Shown: positions 46,660 to 54,666 of the stretch, piece after piece
How the letters are laid out: every line of letters starts with the position of its first letter
Numbering within the stretch: position 1 is the stretch's first letter
NCBI GenBank assembly: GCA_036495025.1
Contig: DASXNO010000196.1
Location: forward strand, 1-54,666
Direction: 5' to 3'
DNA length: 54,666 nucleotides
From: Actinomycetota bacterium
Lineage (GTDB): Bacteria > Actinomycetota > CADDZG01 > JAHWKV01 > JAOPZY01
The notes under the pieces: model-generated
What the model saw: only the letters and a program-made list of their open reading frames with translations
The model's database searches: none
What the model was told of the DNA's origin: nothing
Made by a program: the position numbers and the translations under genes

Positions 46660-48198
46660 ATGGGCGCCGTGCTGGCCGTCCTGACCCCTGAGCAGATGGC
46701 TGCGGCGGACCGGGCGACGATCGCGGCCGGGACCCCCTCGCTCACGCTCATGGAGCGGGCGGGCATCGCCGTGGCAGCGGCCGCCGTCCGCGCCGCCGGC
46801 GGGGCCTACGGGCGCCGGGTCATCGTCCTGGCCGGCAAGGGCAGCAACGGCGGTGACGGGCTCGTGGCGGCCCGCCACCTCGCCGCACGGGGGGTCTTTC
46901 CGGTGGTGGTGTTCCCCGACGACCCCGGGGAGCTGCACGGCGACGCGCGCACCAACCTGGAGCGCCTCCGCGATGTCCGGACCCTCCGCTTCGCGGAGGA
47001 CAGCTTTGCCCGGGAGCTGCGGCGTGCCGACCTCGTCGTCGACGCGCTCTACGGGACCGGGTTCCGGGGCGTCCTCGCCGGCCCGCCGGCCCAGGCAGTG
47101 AAGGCCGTCAACCAGTCCGGCCTGCCGATCGTGGCGGTCGACATCCCTTCGGGGGTCAACGGGCTGACGGGCCGGGTGGACGGCCCCGCCGTCCGGGCCA
47201 CGATCACGGTCACCATGGCGGCCCTCAAGCTCGGCATCGTCTTCCACCCCGGCAGCGAGTACGCCGGGGAGGTGGAGGTCGTGGACATCGGCATCACGAC
47301 CCCGCAGTTCCCGAAGGTGATCGGGGTCCCCGAGGAGGCCGACGTCGCCCGGGTCCTCGGCCACCGGCCGCTCGATGCCCACAAACGCAGCGTCGGCACG
47401 GCCATGGTCGTCGCAGGGTCGGTCGGCATGTCCGGCGCGGTCGCGCTTGCCGCCAGCGGCGCCCTCCGCTCGGGGGCCGGGCTGGTGACGATCGCCTCGG
47501 GGGCGTCGGTGGTCAGCGAGATCCATCCCCGCGTGCTCGAGGCCACAAGCCTGCGGCTGCCGGAGACCCCCCAGGGGACGCTGGCCGCGGGGGCCCTGGA
47601 CCTGATCCTCGACAGGGCCCCCACGGTGGACGCCGTGGCGATCGGGCCCGGTCTCACAACCGACCGCGAGACGGTCGAAGTCGTCCGCAAGGCGGTCGCC
47701 GCGCTCGAGAACCCACTCGTAGCCGACGCCGACGCCCTGAACGCCATCGCCGGCGATCCCGGCGTCCTCGTGGCCAGGGGTGCCCCGGCCGCCATCACTC
47801 CCCACCCCGGCGAGCTGGGACGGCTGCTCGGGGTCTCGACCGCCTCGATCCAGGCGGACCGGCTCGCGGCCGCACGCCATGCCGCCGAGCACTTCGGCTG
47901 CGCCGTTGTGTTGAAGGGGTACCGCAGCATCGTCGCCGACTCCTCCGGGCCCACCGTCATCATCACGACCGGCGGCCCCGCCCTCGCGACCGGGGGGACC
48001 GGTGACGTCCTGACGGGGGTGACCGCCGCCCTGCTGGCCGGCGGCGCCGAGCCGTTCACGGCAGCCTGGGCGGCCTCGTGGCTGCACGGAAGAGCGGGAG
48101 ACGTCCTGGAGCGGGTCATCGGGGCCCGGGGCACCCTCGCCGGGGATCTGCCCGGCGCCATCGCGGGCGTCATCCACGACCTCGAGGCGCTCACCTGA
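46660..48198 (+). CDS. nnr: bifunctional NAD(P)H-hydrate repair enzyme (epimerase / ADP-dependent dehydratase)
   Basis: The YjeF N-terminal domain has GKGSNGGDGLVAARHL. The C-terminal carbohydrate-kinase-like domain has GGTGDVLTGV. Confidence 0.9.
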   Translation: MGAVLAVLTPEQMAAADRATIAAGTPSLTLMERAGIAVAAAAVRAAGGAYGRRVIVLAGKGSNGGDGLVAARHLAARGVFPVVVFPDDPGELHGDARTNLERLRDVRTLRFAEDSFARELRRADLVVDALYGTGFRGVLAGPPAQAVKAVNQSGLPIVAVDIPSGVNGLTGRVDGPAVRATITVTMAALKLGIVFHPGSEYAGEVEVVDIGITTPQFPKVIGVPEEADVARVLGHRPLDAHKRSVGTAMVVAGSVGMSGAVALAASGALRSGAGLVTIASGASVVSEIHPRVLEATSLRLPETPQGTLAAGALDLILDRAPTVDAVAIGPGLTTDRETVEVVRKAVAALENPLVADADALNAIAGDPGVLVARGAPAAITPHPGELGRLLGVSTASIQADRLAAARHAAEHFGCAVVLKGYRSIVADSSGPTVIITTGGPALATGGTGDVLTGVTAALLAGGAEPFTAAWAASWLHGRAGDVLERVIGARGTLAGDLPGAIAGVIHDLEALT

Positions 48199-49385
48199 GC
48201 GGGCGAACCGACGCGGTCGGCCCCGACGGGACCCCGGTCAGCTTCGACGACCTGCCCCTGTGGGCCGAGGTCGACCTGGGGCGGATCCGCGCCAACGTCG
48301 GCAGGCTCAGGGAGCGCCTCCGGCCCGGCGCCAGGCTGTTGGCAGTGGTCAAGGCCGACGGGTACGGCCACGGGGCTCCGCTCGCCGCGGCCGCCGCCCT
48401 CGAGGGCGGCGCCGACTGGCTGGGGGTGGCGAGGGTCCACGAAGGGGCGGCGCTGCGCCGGGCCGGCATCGGTGCCCCCGTGCTCCTCCTTGCGGAGCCC
48501 CACGCCGAGGCGGTCGCCCACGCCGTCGAGCTCGGCCTGGTCCCGACGCTCTACACGGCCGCCACCGCCCGGCGGTTCGCCGAGGCGGCACGGGCGGCCG
48601 GCAAGGAGGTGGCGGTCCACGTCAAGGTCGACACGGGCATGCACCGCTACGGGCTCGCGCCCGCCGACGCCGCTGGCTTCCTCGAGCTCGTGCGGTCGGA
48701 GGAGGGCCTCAGGGCGGAGGGAATCTGGTCGCATTTCGCGGTCGCCGAGGATGTCCTCAACCCCTACACGCGCCAGCAGTTCGAGTGCTTCACGAGCGTG
48801 CTGGCCGGCCTCGGTCGGGCCGCAGACGGGTTGATGCGCCATCTCGCCAACTCGGCCGGCCTGCTGACCTTCCCCGAGGCGCACTTCGACATGGTCCGCA
48901 CCGGGATCGCCGTCTACGGCATCCATCCCTCACCGCAGCTCGCCGGGCTGGTGGACCTCGAGCCGGCGATGTCCTTCAAGAGCCGGGTCGGGCTCGTCAA
49001 GGTGCTGGCGGCGGGGGAGTCCGTCTCCTACGGGCAGCGCTACACGATGCCCGCCGAGGGGGTGGTGGCCACGGTGCCGTGCGGCTACGCCGACGGGCTT
49101 CGGAGAGGCTTGGGCAACGCCGGCGAGGTCCTCATCCACGGGCGCCGGTACCGGATCGCAGGAACGGTGACGATGGACCACCTCATGGTCGACCTCGGCA
49201 GCGACCGGGCGGAACCCGGCGACGAGGTGGTCATGCTCGGCACCCAGGGGACCGAGACGATCACCGCCCAGCAGGTCGCCGACGCCCTCGGGACGATTCC
49301 CTACGAAGTCGTCTGCGGGATCGGCGCCCGGGTGCCGCGGGTCTACCGGGGGGGTCTTGGACCCCCACTAGGGGGCGCTCCGTGA
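48078..49385 (+). CDS. alr: alanine racemase (start codon unresolved)
   Basis: Contains WAEVDLGRIRANV and AVVKADGYGHG (PLP lysine). The only canonical in-frame start is GTG 48078, 121 nt inside nnr. Alternatively a CTG at 48195 overlaps the nnr stop (CTGA). Confidence 0.88.
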   Translation: MAARKSGRRPGAGHRGPGHPRRGSARRHRGRHPRPRGAHLSGRTDAVGPDGTPVSFDDLPLWAEVDLGRIRANVGRLRERLRPGARLLAVVKADGYGHGAPLAAAAALEGGADWLGVARVHEGAALRRAGIGAPVLLLAEPHAEAVAHAVELGLVPTLYTAATARRFAEAARAAGKEVAVHVKVDTGMHRYGLAPADAAGFLELVRSEEGLRAEGIWSHFAVAEDVLNPYTRQQFECFTSVLAGLGRAADGLMRHLANSAGLLTFPEAHFDMVRTGIAVYGIHPSPQLAGLVDLEPAMSFKSRVGLVKVLAAGESVSYGQRYTMPAEGVVATVPCGYADGLRRGLGNAGEVLIHGRRYRIAGTVTMDHLMVDLGSDRAEPGDEVVMLGTQGTETITAQQVADALGTIPYEVVCGIGARVPRVYRGGLGPPLGGAP

Positions 49386-49552
49386 GGAGCGGGCCCACTC
49401 GGTATTATGGCGATGCTTTTCGCCCCAATTCCCCCTAACAAGGGCAAAACGGGGCAGGGGGGTACGAAGCCGGGGTTCGCAGCCCCTCGCAGGGCGCCAT
49501 GGGCGGGCGCGGAAGAAGACTGCAGGTTTTCTGAGGAGTTTGGAGGCGGTCC

Positions 49553-50224
49553 GTGACGTGGCAGACGCTGGCGGAGGCCCGTGACGAAGCGCTCGGCTGC
49601 ACCAGGTGCCGGCTCGCCGGGGGGCGCACCCAGGTGGTGTGGATGGATGGCAACCCCGACGCCGCCCTCATGTTCGTGGGCGAGGCCCCCGGGTTCCACG
49701 AGGACCGCCAGGGCCTGCCCTTTGTCGGAGCGGCGGGCCAGCTCCTCGATACGATGCTCCGCTCGATCGGGCTCGACCGAAGCCAGTGCACGATCTGCAA
49801 CGTCATCAAGTGCCGGCCTCCGGGCAACCGCGACCCCATGCCCGACGAGATCGAGTCGTGCCGGCCGTTCCTCGAGGCGCAGTTGCGCTTTATCAGGCCC
49901 CGGGTGATCGTCACCCTCGGCAACTTCGCCACCCGCTTCATCCTCGCCAAACAGGTCTCCATCTCCCGGGTGCGGGGTCAGCGCTTCGAGATCGAGCTTC
50001 CCCCGGACGAACACGGACAGGGACGAGGCCGCCAGTCGCTGGTGACTGTGATCCCGACGTTTCACCCCGCGGCGGTGCTGCACGGCGGTGGCAACGCCTC
50101 ACCGCAGTTCAATGCCCTCCAGGAGGACTTCCGGCTGATCGCCTCGGTGCTGGCGGAGCCCCCGCCGGCGATCCCGGAGGAACCGGAACCAGAGGAGACC
50201 GCCGAGCAGGAAGCCCTCTTCTAG
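49553..50224 (+). CDS. uracil-DNA glycosylase, family 4 (Fe-S type)
   Basis: Contains CTRCRLA, FVGEAPGFHEDRQGLPFVGAAGQLL and NVIKCRPPGNRDP. GTG 49553 is preceded by ggaggc. Confidence 0.88.
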   Translation: MTWQTLAEARDEALGCTRCRLAGGRTQVVWMDGNPDAALMFVGEAPGFHEDRQGLPFVGAAGQLLDTMLRSIGLDRSQCTICNVIKCRPPGNRDPMPDEIESCRPFLEAQLRFIRPRVIVTLGNFATRFILAKQVSISRVRGQRFEIELPPDEHGQGRGRQSLVTVIPTFHPAAVLHGGGNASPQFNALQEDFRLIASVLAEPPPAIPEEPEPEETAEQEALF

Positions 50225-50256
50225 CTACCGTGTTCCACCACCACCGCAACCTCGCC

Positions 50257-50820
50257 ATGGAGACCCGGTCGCCGGAGGAGACCCGGCGCCTCGCCGTGGC
50301 CCTCAGCCCCCTCCTGCGCCCCGGCGACGTCCTGTCGCTCGGCGGCGACCTCGGTGCGGGCAAGACGACCTTCGTCCAGGGCCTCGCGGTGGGCCTGGGC
50401 ATAACGGAGCGGGTGACCAGTCCCAGCTTCGTGCTGCTGAAGGAGTACCTCGGGGGCCGCTACCCGCTCATCCACATGGACGTCTACCGGCTCGAGCGGA
50501 TGCAGGAGGTCGTCGATCTCGGCTACGACGAGTTCCTGGACCCGTCCCACATCGTCGTCGTGGAATGGGGCGACATGGTCGAGCCCCTGCTGCCCAAGGA
50601 GCACCTGTCGATCCAGATGAGCTATGGCGCCGAGGACTCCCGCCGGGAGATCGTCCTGCAGCCACGTGGCTTCCAGTGGGAGATGCGGGTGCAGAAGGTG
50701 CGGGGGCTGATCGAGGAGCTGTTCTCGGTGGACCGCGACGACCTCTTCTACCCGCCGGCCTCGCCACCGGGCACCGGGGGGGGTCACCCGCTGGATCCGC
50801 CACCCCAGGAGATGCTCTAG
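50257..50820 (+). CDS. tsaE: tRNA t6A37 biosynthesis ATPase TsaE, with a C-terminal extension
   Basis: Contains LSLGGDLGAGKTTFVQGL...VTSPSFVL...HMDVYRL. The start is ATG 50257; in-frame GTG 50230 is an alternative. Confidence 0.88.
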   Translation: METRSPEETRRLAVALSPLLRPGDVLSLGGDLGAGKTTFVQGLAVGLGITERVTSPSFVLLKEYLGGRYPLIHMDVYRLERMQEVVDLGYDEFLDPSHIVVVEWGDMVEPLLPKEHLSIQMSYGAEDSRREIVLQPRGFQWEMRVQKVRGLIEELFSVDRDDLFYPPASPPGTGGGHPLDPPPQEML

Positions 50821-51525
50821 ATGTTGGTGCTCGGCATCGAGACCTCGACGCCGCAGGCATCGGTGACCATCGGATCCGAGCAGGGCATCATCGGCTCCTG
50901 CACGATCTCGCGCGGTGCGGCCTACGGCGAGTTCCTCCTGCCGGCCGTCGAGTTCCTGATGCACCAGTCCGGCCTCACGTACCGGCAGCTCTCGGCAGTG
51001 GCGATCGGCCTGGGGCCAGGCCTGTTCACCGGGATGCGGGTGGGCGTCACAACCGCCAAGACCCTGGCCCAGGCCCTGTCGGTCCCGATCGTCGGGGTTC
51101 CCTCCCTGGACCTCCTGGCCTTCGACGCCCGGTACACGCCGAAGGTGATCTGCCCCGTCCTCGACGCGAAGCGCAACGAGGTCTTCTTCGCCTTCTACCG
51201 CCAGGTCCCGGGCGGCGTGACTCGCTTGAGCGACTACCAGGTCGGCCCGCCGGAGCGTCTCGCCACGGAGTTCGACGCCCAGGGCTCCGACGTGCTCGCC
51301 ATCGGGAACGGCGCCCTGCTGTACCGTTCTAAGCTGGAGGAGTCGGAGAGGGTGGAGATCGGAACGATGACCCATGCATTTCCAAGGTCGGCTGCCTTGA
51401 TCGACCTGGCGCTCCCCCGCATCGTCCGGGAGGATTTCGACCGTCTCTACGACGTCGAGCCCCTCTACATGCGGCGCACCCAGGCCGAGATCAACTGGGA
51501 ATCCCGGAGCCTCAAGTCATCATGA
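50821..51525 (+). CDS. tsaB: tRNA t6A37 biosynthesis protein TsaB
   Basis: Contains MLVLGIETSTPQASV and GPGLFTGMRVGV. Confidence 0.9.
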   Translation: MLVLGIETSTPQASVTIGSEQGIIGSCTISRGAAYGEFLLPAVEFLMHQSGLTYRQLSAVAIGLGPGLFTGMRVGVTTAKTLAQALSVPIVGVPSLDLLAFDARYTPKVICPVLDAKRNEVFFAFYRQVPGGVTRLSDYQVGPPERLATEFDAQGSDVLAIGNGALLYRSKLEESERVEIGTMTHAFPRSAALIDLALPRIVREDFDRLYDVEPLYMRRTQAEINWESRSLKSS

Positions 51526-52079
51526 GCGCCCTCATGCGCCAGCCGGGCCTCGACCCCTCGGAGGTCGAGCTGGCCGCGATGCGCCGGCGCCACCTTCGCC
51601 AGGTGCTGCGGATCGAGTCCCAGGTCTATCCGCGGCCCTGGAGCGCAGCCCTGTTCCTGCAGGAGATGGCCCGCAAGACCGACCGGGTGTACCTCGTCGC
51701 CCGGTGGGACGCCCAGGTGATCGGCTACGGCGGGGTGATGCTGGCGCCCCCGGAGGCCCACATCACGACGATCGCCGTCGACCCGGCCTGGCACCGCAAT
51801 CACGTGGGGACGAGGCTCATGCTCGGCCTCATCGACGCGGCCACCGCCAAGGGGGCACGGTCGGTGTCGCTCGAGGTCCGCAAGTCCAACCTGGGGGCGC
51901 AGCGGATGTACGAACGGTTCGGCTTCCGACCCGTCGGCGTTCGGCGGGGCTACTACGTCGAGACCGGCGAGGACGCCATTGTGATGTGGGTGGAGGGCAT
52001 CGACCTCCCGAAGTACCAGGAGGTCCTCGAGGTCCTTCGGGCGGCGGCGAGGGGGGACGAGCGCAACGACCATGCCTGA
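51522..52079 (+). CDS. rimI: ribosomal-protein-alanine N-acetyltransferase
   Basis: A GNAT fold with ITTIAVDPAWHRNHVGTRLM...LEVRKSNLGAQRMYERFGF, at the canonical tsaB-rimI-tsaD position. Confidence 0.88.
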   Translation: MSALMRQPGLDPSEVELAAMRRRHLRQVLRIESQVYPRPWSAALFLQEMARKTDRVYLVARWDAQVIGYGGVMLAPPEAHITTIAVDPAWHRNHVGTRLMLGLIDAATAKGARSVSLEVRKSNLGAQRMYERFGFRPVGVRRGYYVETGEDAIVMWVEGIDLPKYQEVLEVLRAAARGDERNDHA

Positions 52080-53250
52080 GCCCCGCTCCCCCGGCGGGAC
52101 CCAGACCTCCGGCCCCGCCCCCGGCACCCTGTCGGTTCCGGACGTCTCGTTCGCCGAGCCACTGGTCGAAGAGCTGGAGCTCACGACCGCCGGCCTCGAG
52201 CCGGCGACGCTGCCGCGCCGCAAGGAAACGGTCCCCAACTCACCGGAGACCCTGATTCTGGCCATCGAAACCTCCTGCGACGAGACCTCGGCGGCGGTGC
52301 TCCGCGGCGACCGGACGATCCTGGCCAACGTCGTCTCCTCCCAGGCGGCCCTGCACGAGCGTTACGGGGGCATCGTCCCCGAGCTCGCGTCACGGGCGCA
52401 CGTCCAGGCGATCAACCCGGCGCTGGCCGAGGTGCTCCGCCAGGCCGACGTGACCTTCTGGGACCTGGACGCCATTGCCGTCACGCTCGGCCCCGGCCTC
52501 ATGGGGTCCCTGGTGGTAGGGGTCGCCGCCGCCAAGTCGCTGGCAGCCCTCCTCGAGGTGCCCCTGATCGGGGTCAACCATCTGGAGGCGCACATCTACG
52601 CCAACTTCATCGAGCACCCCGAGGCCTCGCTCCCGGCGCTGGCGCTGATTGTCTCCGGCGGCCACACCCTCCTCGTCGAGATGACCGACCACGGCCTCTA
52701 CGAGGTCCTCGGCGAGACGCTCGACGACGCGGCCGGCGAGGCCTTCGACAAGGTTGCCCGCTACCTGGGTCTCGGATACCCGGGTGGCCCCGTGGTGGAC
52801 CGCCTTGCCGCCCAGGGCAACCCCAGGGCGATTCCGTTTCCCCGTCCGATGCTGAGCGAGGGCTACGACTTCTCGTTCTCGGGCCTCAAGACCGCAGTGC
52901 TGACCTACATGGACCGGGAGCGGCGGGAGGGCCGCGAGCCGGAGATCGCCGACGTCTGTGCCTCGTTCCAGGCTGCGGTCGTGGACGTCCTCGTCGCCAA
53001 GACGGTCCGGGCCGCCGTGGACAACGAGATCCCCACCGTGCTGCTCTGCGGCGGCGTCGCGGCCAACTCCGCACTCCGGGAGTCGCTGGAGGTCGCCTGC
53101 ACGGCGGCCGAGATCAAGGTCTACCACCCGTCCCCGGCCCTCTGCACCGACAATGCGGCCATGGTGGCGGGCTGCGGGTATCACCGGTACCGGCGGGGGA
53201 TCCGGACCAGCCTCGACGCCACCCCGGACCCCAATTTCCCGATCACCTGA
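52072..53250 (+). CDS. tsaD: tRNA N6-adenosine threonylcarbamoyltransferase TsaD, with a ~55-aa N-terminal extension
   Basis: Contains ILAIETSCDETSAAV, GVNHLEAHI and GGVAAN. No ATG/GTG/TTG lies in frame between 52072 and the conserved core. Confidence 0.92.
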   Translation: MPEPRSPGGTQTSGPAPGTLSVPDVSFAEPLVEELELTTAGLEPATLPRRKETVPNSPETLILAIETSCDETSAAVLRGDRTILANVVSSQAALHERYGGIVPELASRAHVQAINPALAEVLRQADVTFWDLDAIAVTLGPGLMGSLVVGVAAAKSLAALLEVPLIGVNHLEAHIYANFIEHPEASLPALALIVSGGHTLLVEMTDHGLYEVLGETLDDAAGEAFDKVARYLGLGYPGGPVVDRLAAQGNPRAIPFPRPMLSEGYDFSFSGLKTAVLTYMDRERREGREPEIADVCASFQAAVVDVLVAKTVRAAVDNEIPTVLLCGGVAANSALRESLEVACTAAEIKVYHPSPALCTDNAAMVAGCGYHRYRRGIRTSLDATPDPNFPIT

Positions 53251-53255
53251 ACCGG

Positions 53256-53285
53256 TTGACGCTCAGCACGCGCCTCGGTTAGCAT
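53256..53285 (+). promoter_or_regulatory. candidate groES promoter
   Basis: TTGACG (53256-53261), an 18-nt spacer, then TAGCAT (53280-53285), immediately upstream of CIRCE. Confidence 0.5.
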
Positions 53286-53290
53286 GCGAA

Positions 53291-53317
53291 TTAGCACTCT
53301 CAACCCGTGAGTGCTAA
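53291..53317 (+). promoter_or_regulatory. CIRCE operator (HrcA binding site)
   Basis: TTAGCACTC-tcaacccgt-GAGTGCTAA is a perfect match to the TTAGCACTC-N9-GAGTGCTAA consensus, 27 nt upstream of groES. Confidence 0.92.
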
Positions 53318-53343
53318 TTCACAATCAGAGTTGGAGGTGTTCG

Positions 53344-53628
53344 ATGAAGCTGCGACCACTCGGTGACCGGGTGCTCGTCCGCCCCGACGACAGCGACAAG
53401 CCGCTGCCCTCAGGTCTCGTGATCCCGGACACCGCTAAGGAGAAGCCCCAGGAGGGCATCGTCCTCGGCGTTGGCCCGGGCGGGTTCCACGACGGGCAGC
53501 GTGTGCCCCTCGACGTGAAGGAAGGCGACCGCGTCGTCTACTCCAAGTACGGCGGGACCGAGGTCATCATCGAAGGCGAGGACCTGCTGATCCTGGCGGA
53601 GCGAGACATCCTCGGCGTCATCGGCTAG
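53344..53628 (+). CDS. groES: co-chaperonin GroES
   Basis: Contains MKLRPLGDRVLVRP...GLVIPDTAKEKPQEG.V..VG.G. ATG 53344 is preceded by ggaggtg. Confidence 0.96.
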   Translation: MKLRPLGDRVLVRPDDSDKPLPSGLVIPDTAKEKPQEGIVLGVGPGGFHDGQRVPLDVKEGDRVVYSKYGGTEVIIEGEDLLILAERDILGVIG

Positions 53629-53648
53629 CAGCCGTTGCAGGCGTAAGG

Positions 53649-53672
53649 GGCCCCGCCAGAGCGGGGCCTTTT
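53649..53672 (+). terminator. intrinsic terminator after groES
   Basis: ggccccgc-caga-gcggggcc followed by tttt. Confidence 0.75.
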
Positions 53673-53709
53673 CGCTCTGGGCGAAACCCTCCGAAGCCCG
53701 GCGGCCCTA

Positions 53710-54666
53710 TTAGGGCAGATAGTTGCGGGGGTTCTTCGGGGTGCCGTTGATGCGGACCTCGAAGTGCAGGTGCGGCCCGGTGCAGAACCCGGTGCAGCCG
53801 ACGAGGCCGATCACCTCGCCGGCGCTGACGTGGCCCCCGGTGACGATCTTGCGGCTCATGTGGGCGTACAGCGTGGCGACACCCCCGCCATGGTCGATGA
53901 TCGTGCAGATCCCGTAGCCCGTGCCGCAGGAGATGCCGGCGACCGTCCCGTCCTTGACGGCATGGATGGGCGTGCCCGTGCTGGCCAGGATGTCGATGCC
54001 GTAGTGGAACCCACCCCAGCGGGGACCGAACGGGGACCCCATCGGCCCGTTGACCGGCCAGGAGAGACCGCTGACCGAGACGGCGCCGGTGCCGTGCGAG
54101 ATCTGGGCGTCGTTCGCCAGGGCATTGGTCAGGGCCACCGACTCCGCTTCGAGCTCGTTCTCGGTCTTCTGCTCCGCGGCGATCTCGGCGTTGACGGCAT
54201 CGAGGGCGGCGGCGCGCTGGCCCCGGGCGGCACCGAGCAGGTCGGCCCGGGAGCGCAGGGACCCCTCCTTGGCGTGCAGGGCGTCGGTCGTCTTGGCCAG
54301 GTCCTGCTTCTCGACGGCGACGGCGTCCCGCAGGCGGGCCGACTGGATGATGACCTTGGCATCGATGTCGGCCGCCACCTGCCAGACGACGGTCTTGCGC
54401 ATGAAGTCGCCGATCGAGCTGGCGGAGAGCAGGCTCGACAGCGAGCTCGCAGGCCCTCCCATATAGATGCTCCTGGCACGGGCGTCGGCAGCGGCGTGCG
54501 CCCCCTGGTACTGGGCCTCGAGCTGAGCGATCTTGGCGTCGTCGGTGCGGATGGTGGACTCGAGGTCGGCCACCGCCCGGGTGTCGACGCCGACCTGGCG
54601 GTCCAGGGTGTTGATCTGACCGTCAAGTGCGCTGACCTGGGCCTGGATCTTCGCCGCCTCGCCCTT
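53710..54666 (-). CDS. M23-family metallopeptidase with an N-terminal coiled coil; the 5' end lies beyond the window
   Basis: The C-terminus has GFHYGIDILASTGTPIHAVKDGTV...GPHLHFEVRINGTPKNP. The frame stays open upstream of the listed GTG 54573 to the window edge (KGEAAKIQAQVSALDGQINTLDRQV...). Confidence 0.88.
   Translation of the reverse strand, partial: KGEAAKIQAQVSALDGQINTLDRQVGVDTRAVADLESTIRTDDAKIAQLEAQYQGAHAAADARARSIYMGGPASSLSSLLSASSIGDFMRKTVVWQVAADIDAKVIIQSARLRDAVAVEKQDLAKTTDALHAKEGSLRSRADLLGAARGQRAAALDAVNAEIAAEQKTENELEAESVALTNALANDAQISHGTGAVSVSGLSWPVNGPMGSPFGPRWGGFHYGIDILASTGTPIHAVKDGTVAGISCGTGYGICTIIDHGGGVATLYAHMSRKIVTGGHVSAGEVIGLVGCTGFCTGPHLHFEVRINGTPKNPRNYLP

Overview
This is a very GC-rich chromosomal window with GC3-dominated codons and many GTG/TTG starts. 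The gene order looks like Actinomycetota. Most of it is the ribosomal super-operon: rpsL-rpsG-fusA with no tuf, then the S10 and spc operons through secY-adk-map, then infA-rpmJ-rpsM-rpsK-rpsD-rpoA-rplQ-truA. After that comes the actinobacterial housekeeping block rplM-rpsI-glmM, a glmS-like gene, nnr, alr, udg, tsaE-tsaB-rimI-tsaD and groES, which has a perfect CIRCE operator. The main anomaly is a 17.5-kb block (17066-34606) wedged between map and infA. It holds 14 non-ribosomal genes. These are two tandem paralogous nucleotidyltransferase/Tmk-like fusion proteins (one with both active-site motifs degenerate), an APH-fold kinase, three GT2 glycosyltransferases, a Wzx-like flippase, a ~14-TM GT-C-like membrane protein, a CE4 deacetylase, two tiny membrane proteins, a CPBP protease, a YVTN propeller and a dimethylformamidase-beta-like exported protein. 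No integrase, transposase or tRNA flanks the block. Other oddities are listed here. The glmS-position gene encodes about 1156 aa, nearly twice the canonical size. Several ribosomal proteins carry long low-complexity tails. L24 has a C4 zinc-ribbon motif. A GNAT gene is frameshifted. An AT-rich 43-nt palindrome follows truA. A terminator-bearing 270-nt spacer separates rpsG and fusA. alr has no canonical start codon downstream of the nnr stop. No rRNA, tRNA, CRISPR array or mobile element was recognised. All family assignments come from reading motifs by eye and need HMM or BLAST confirmation.
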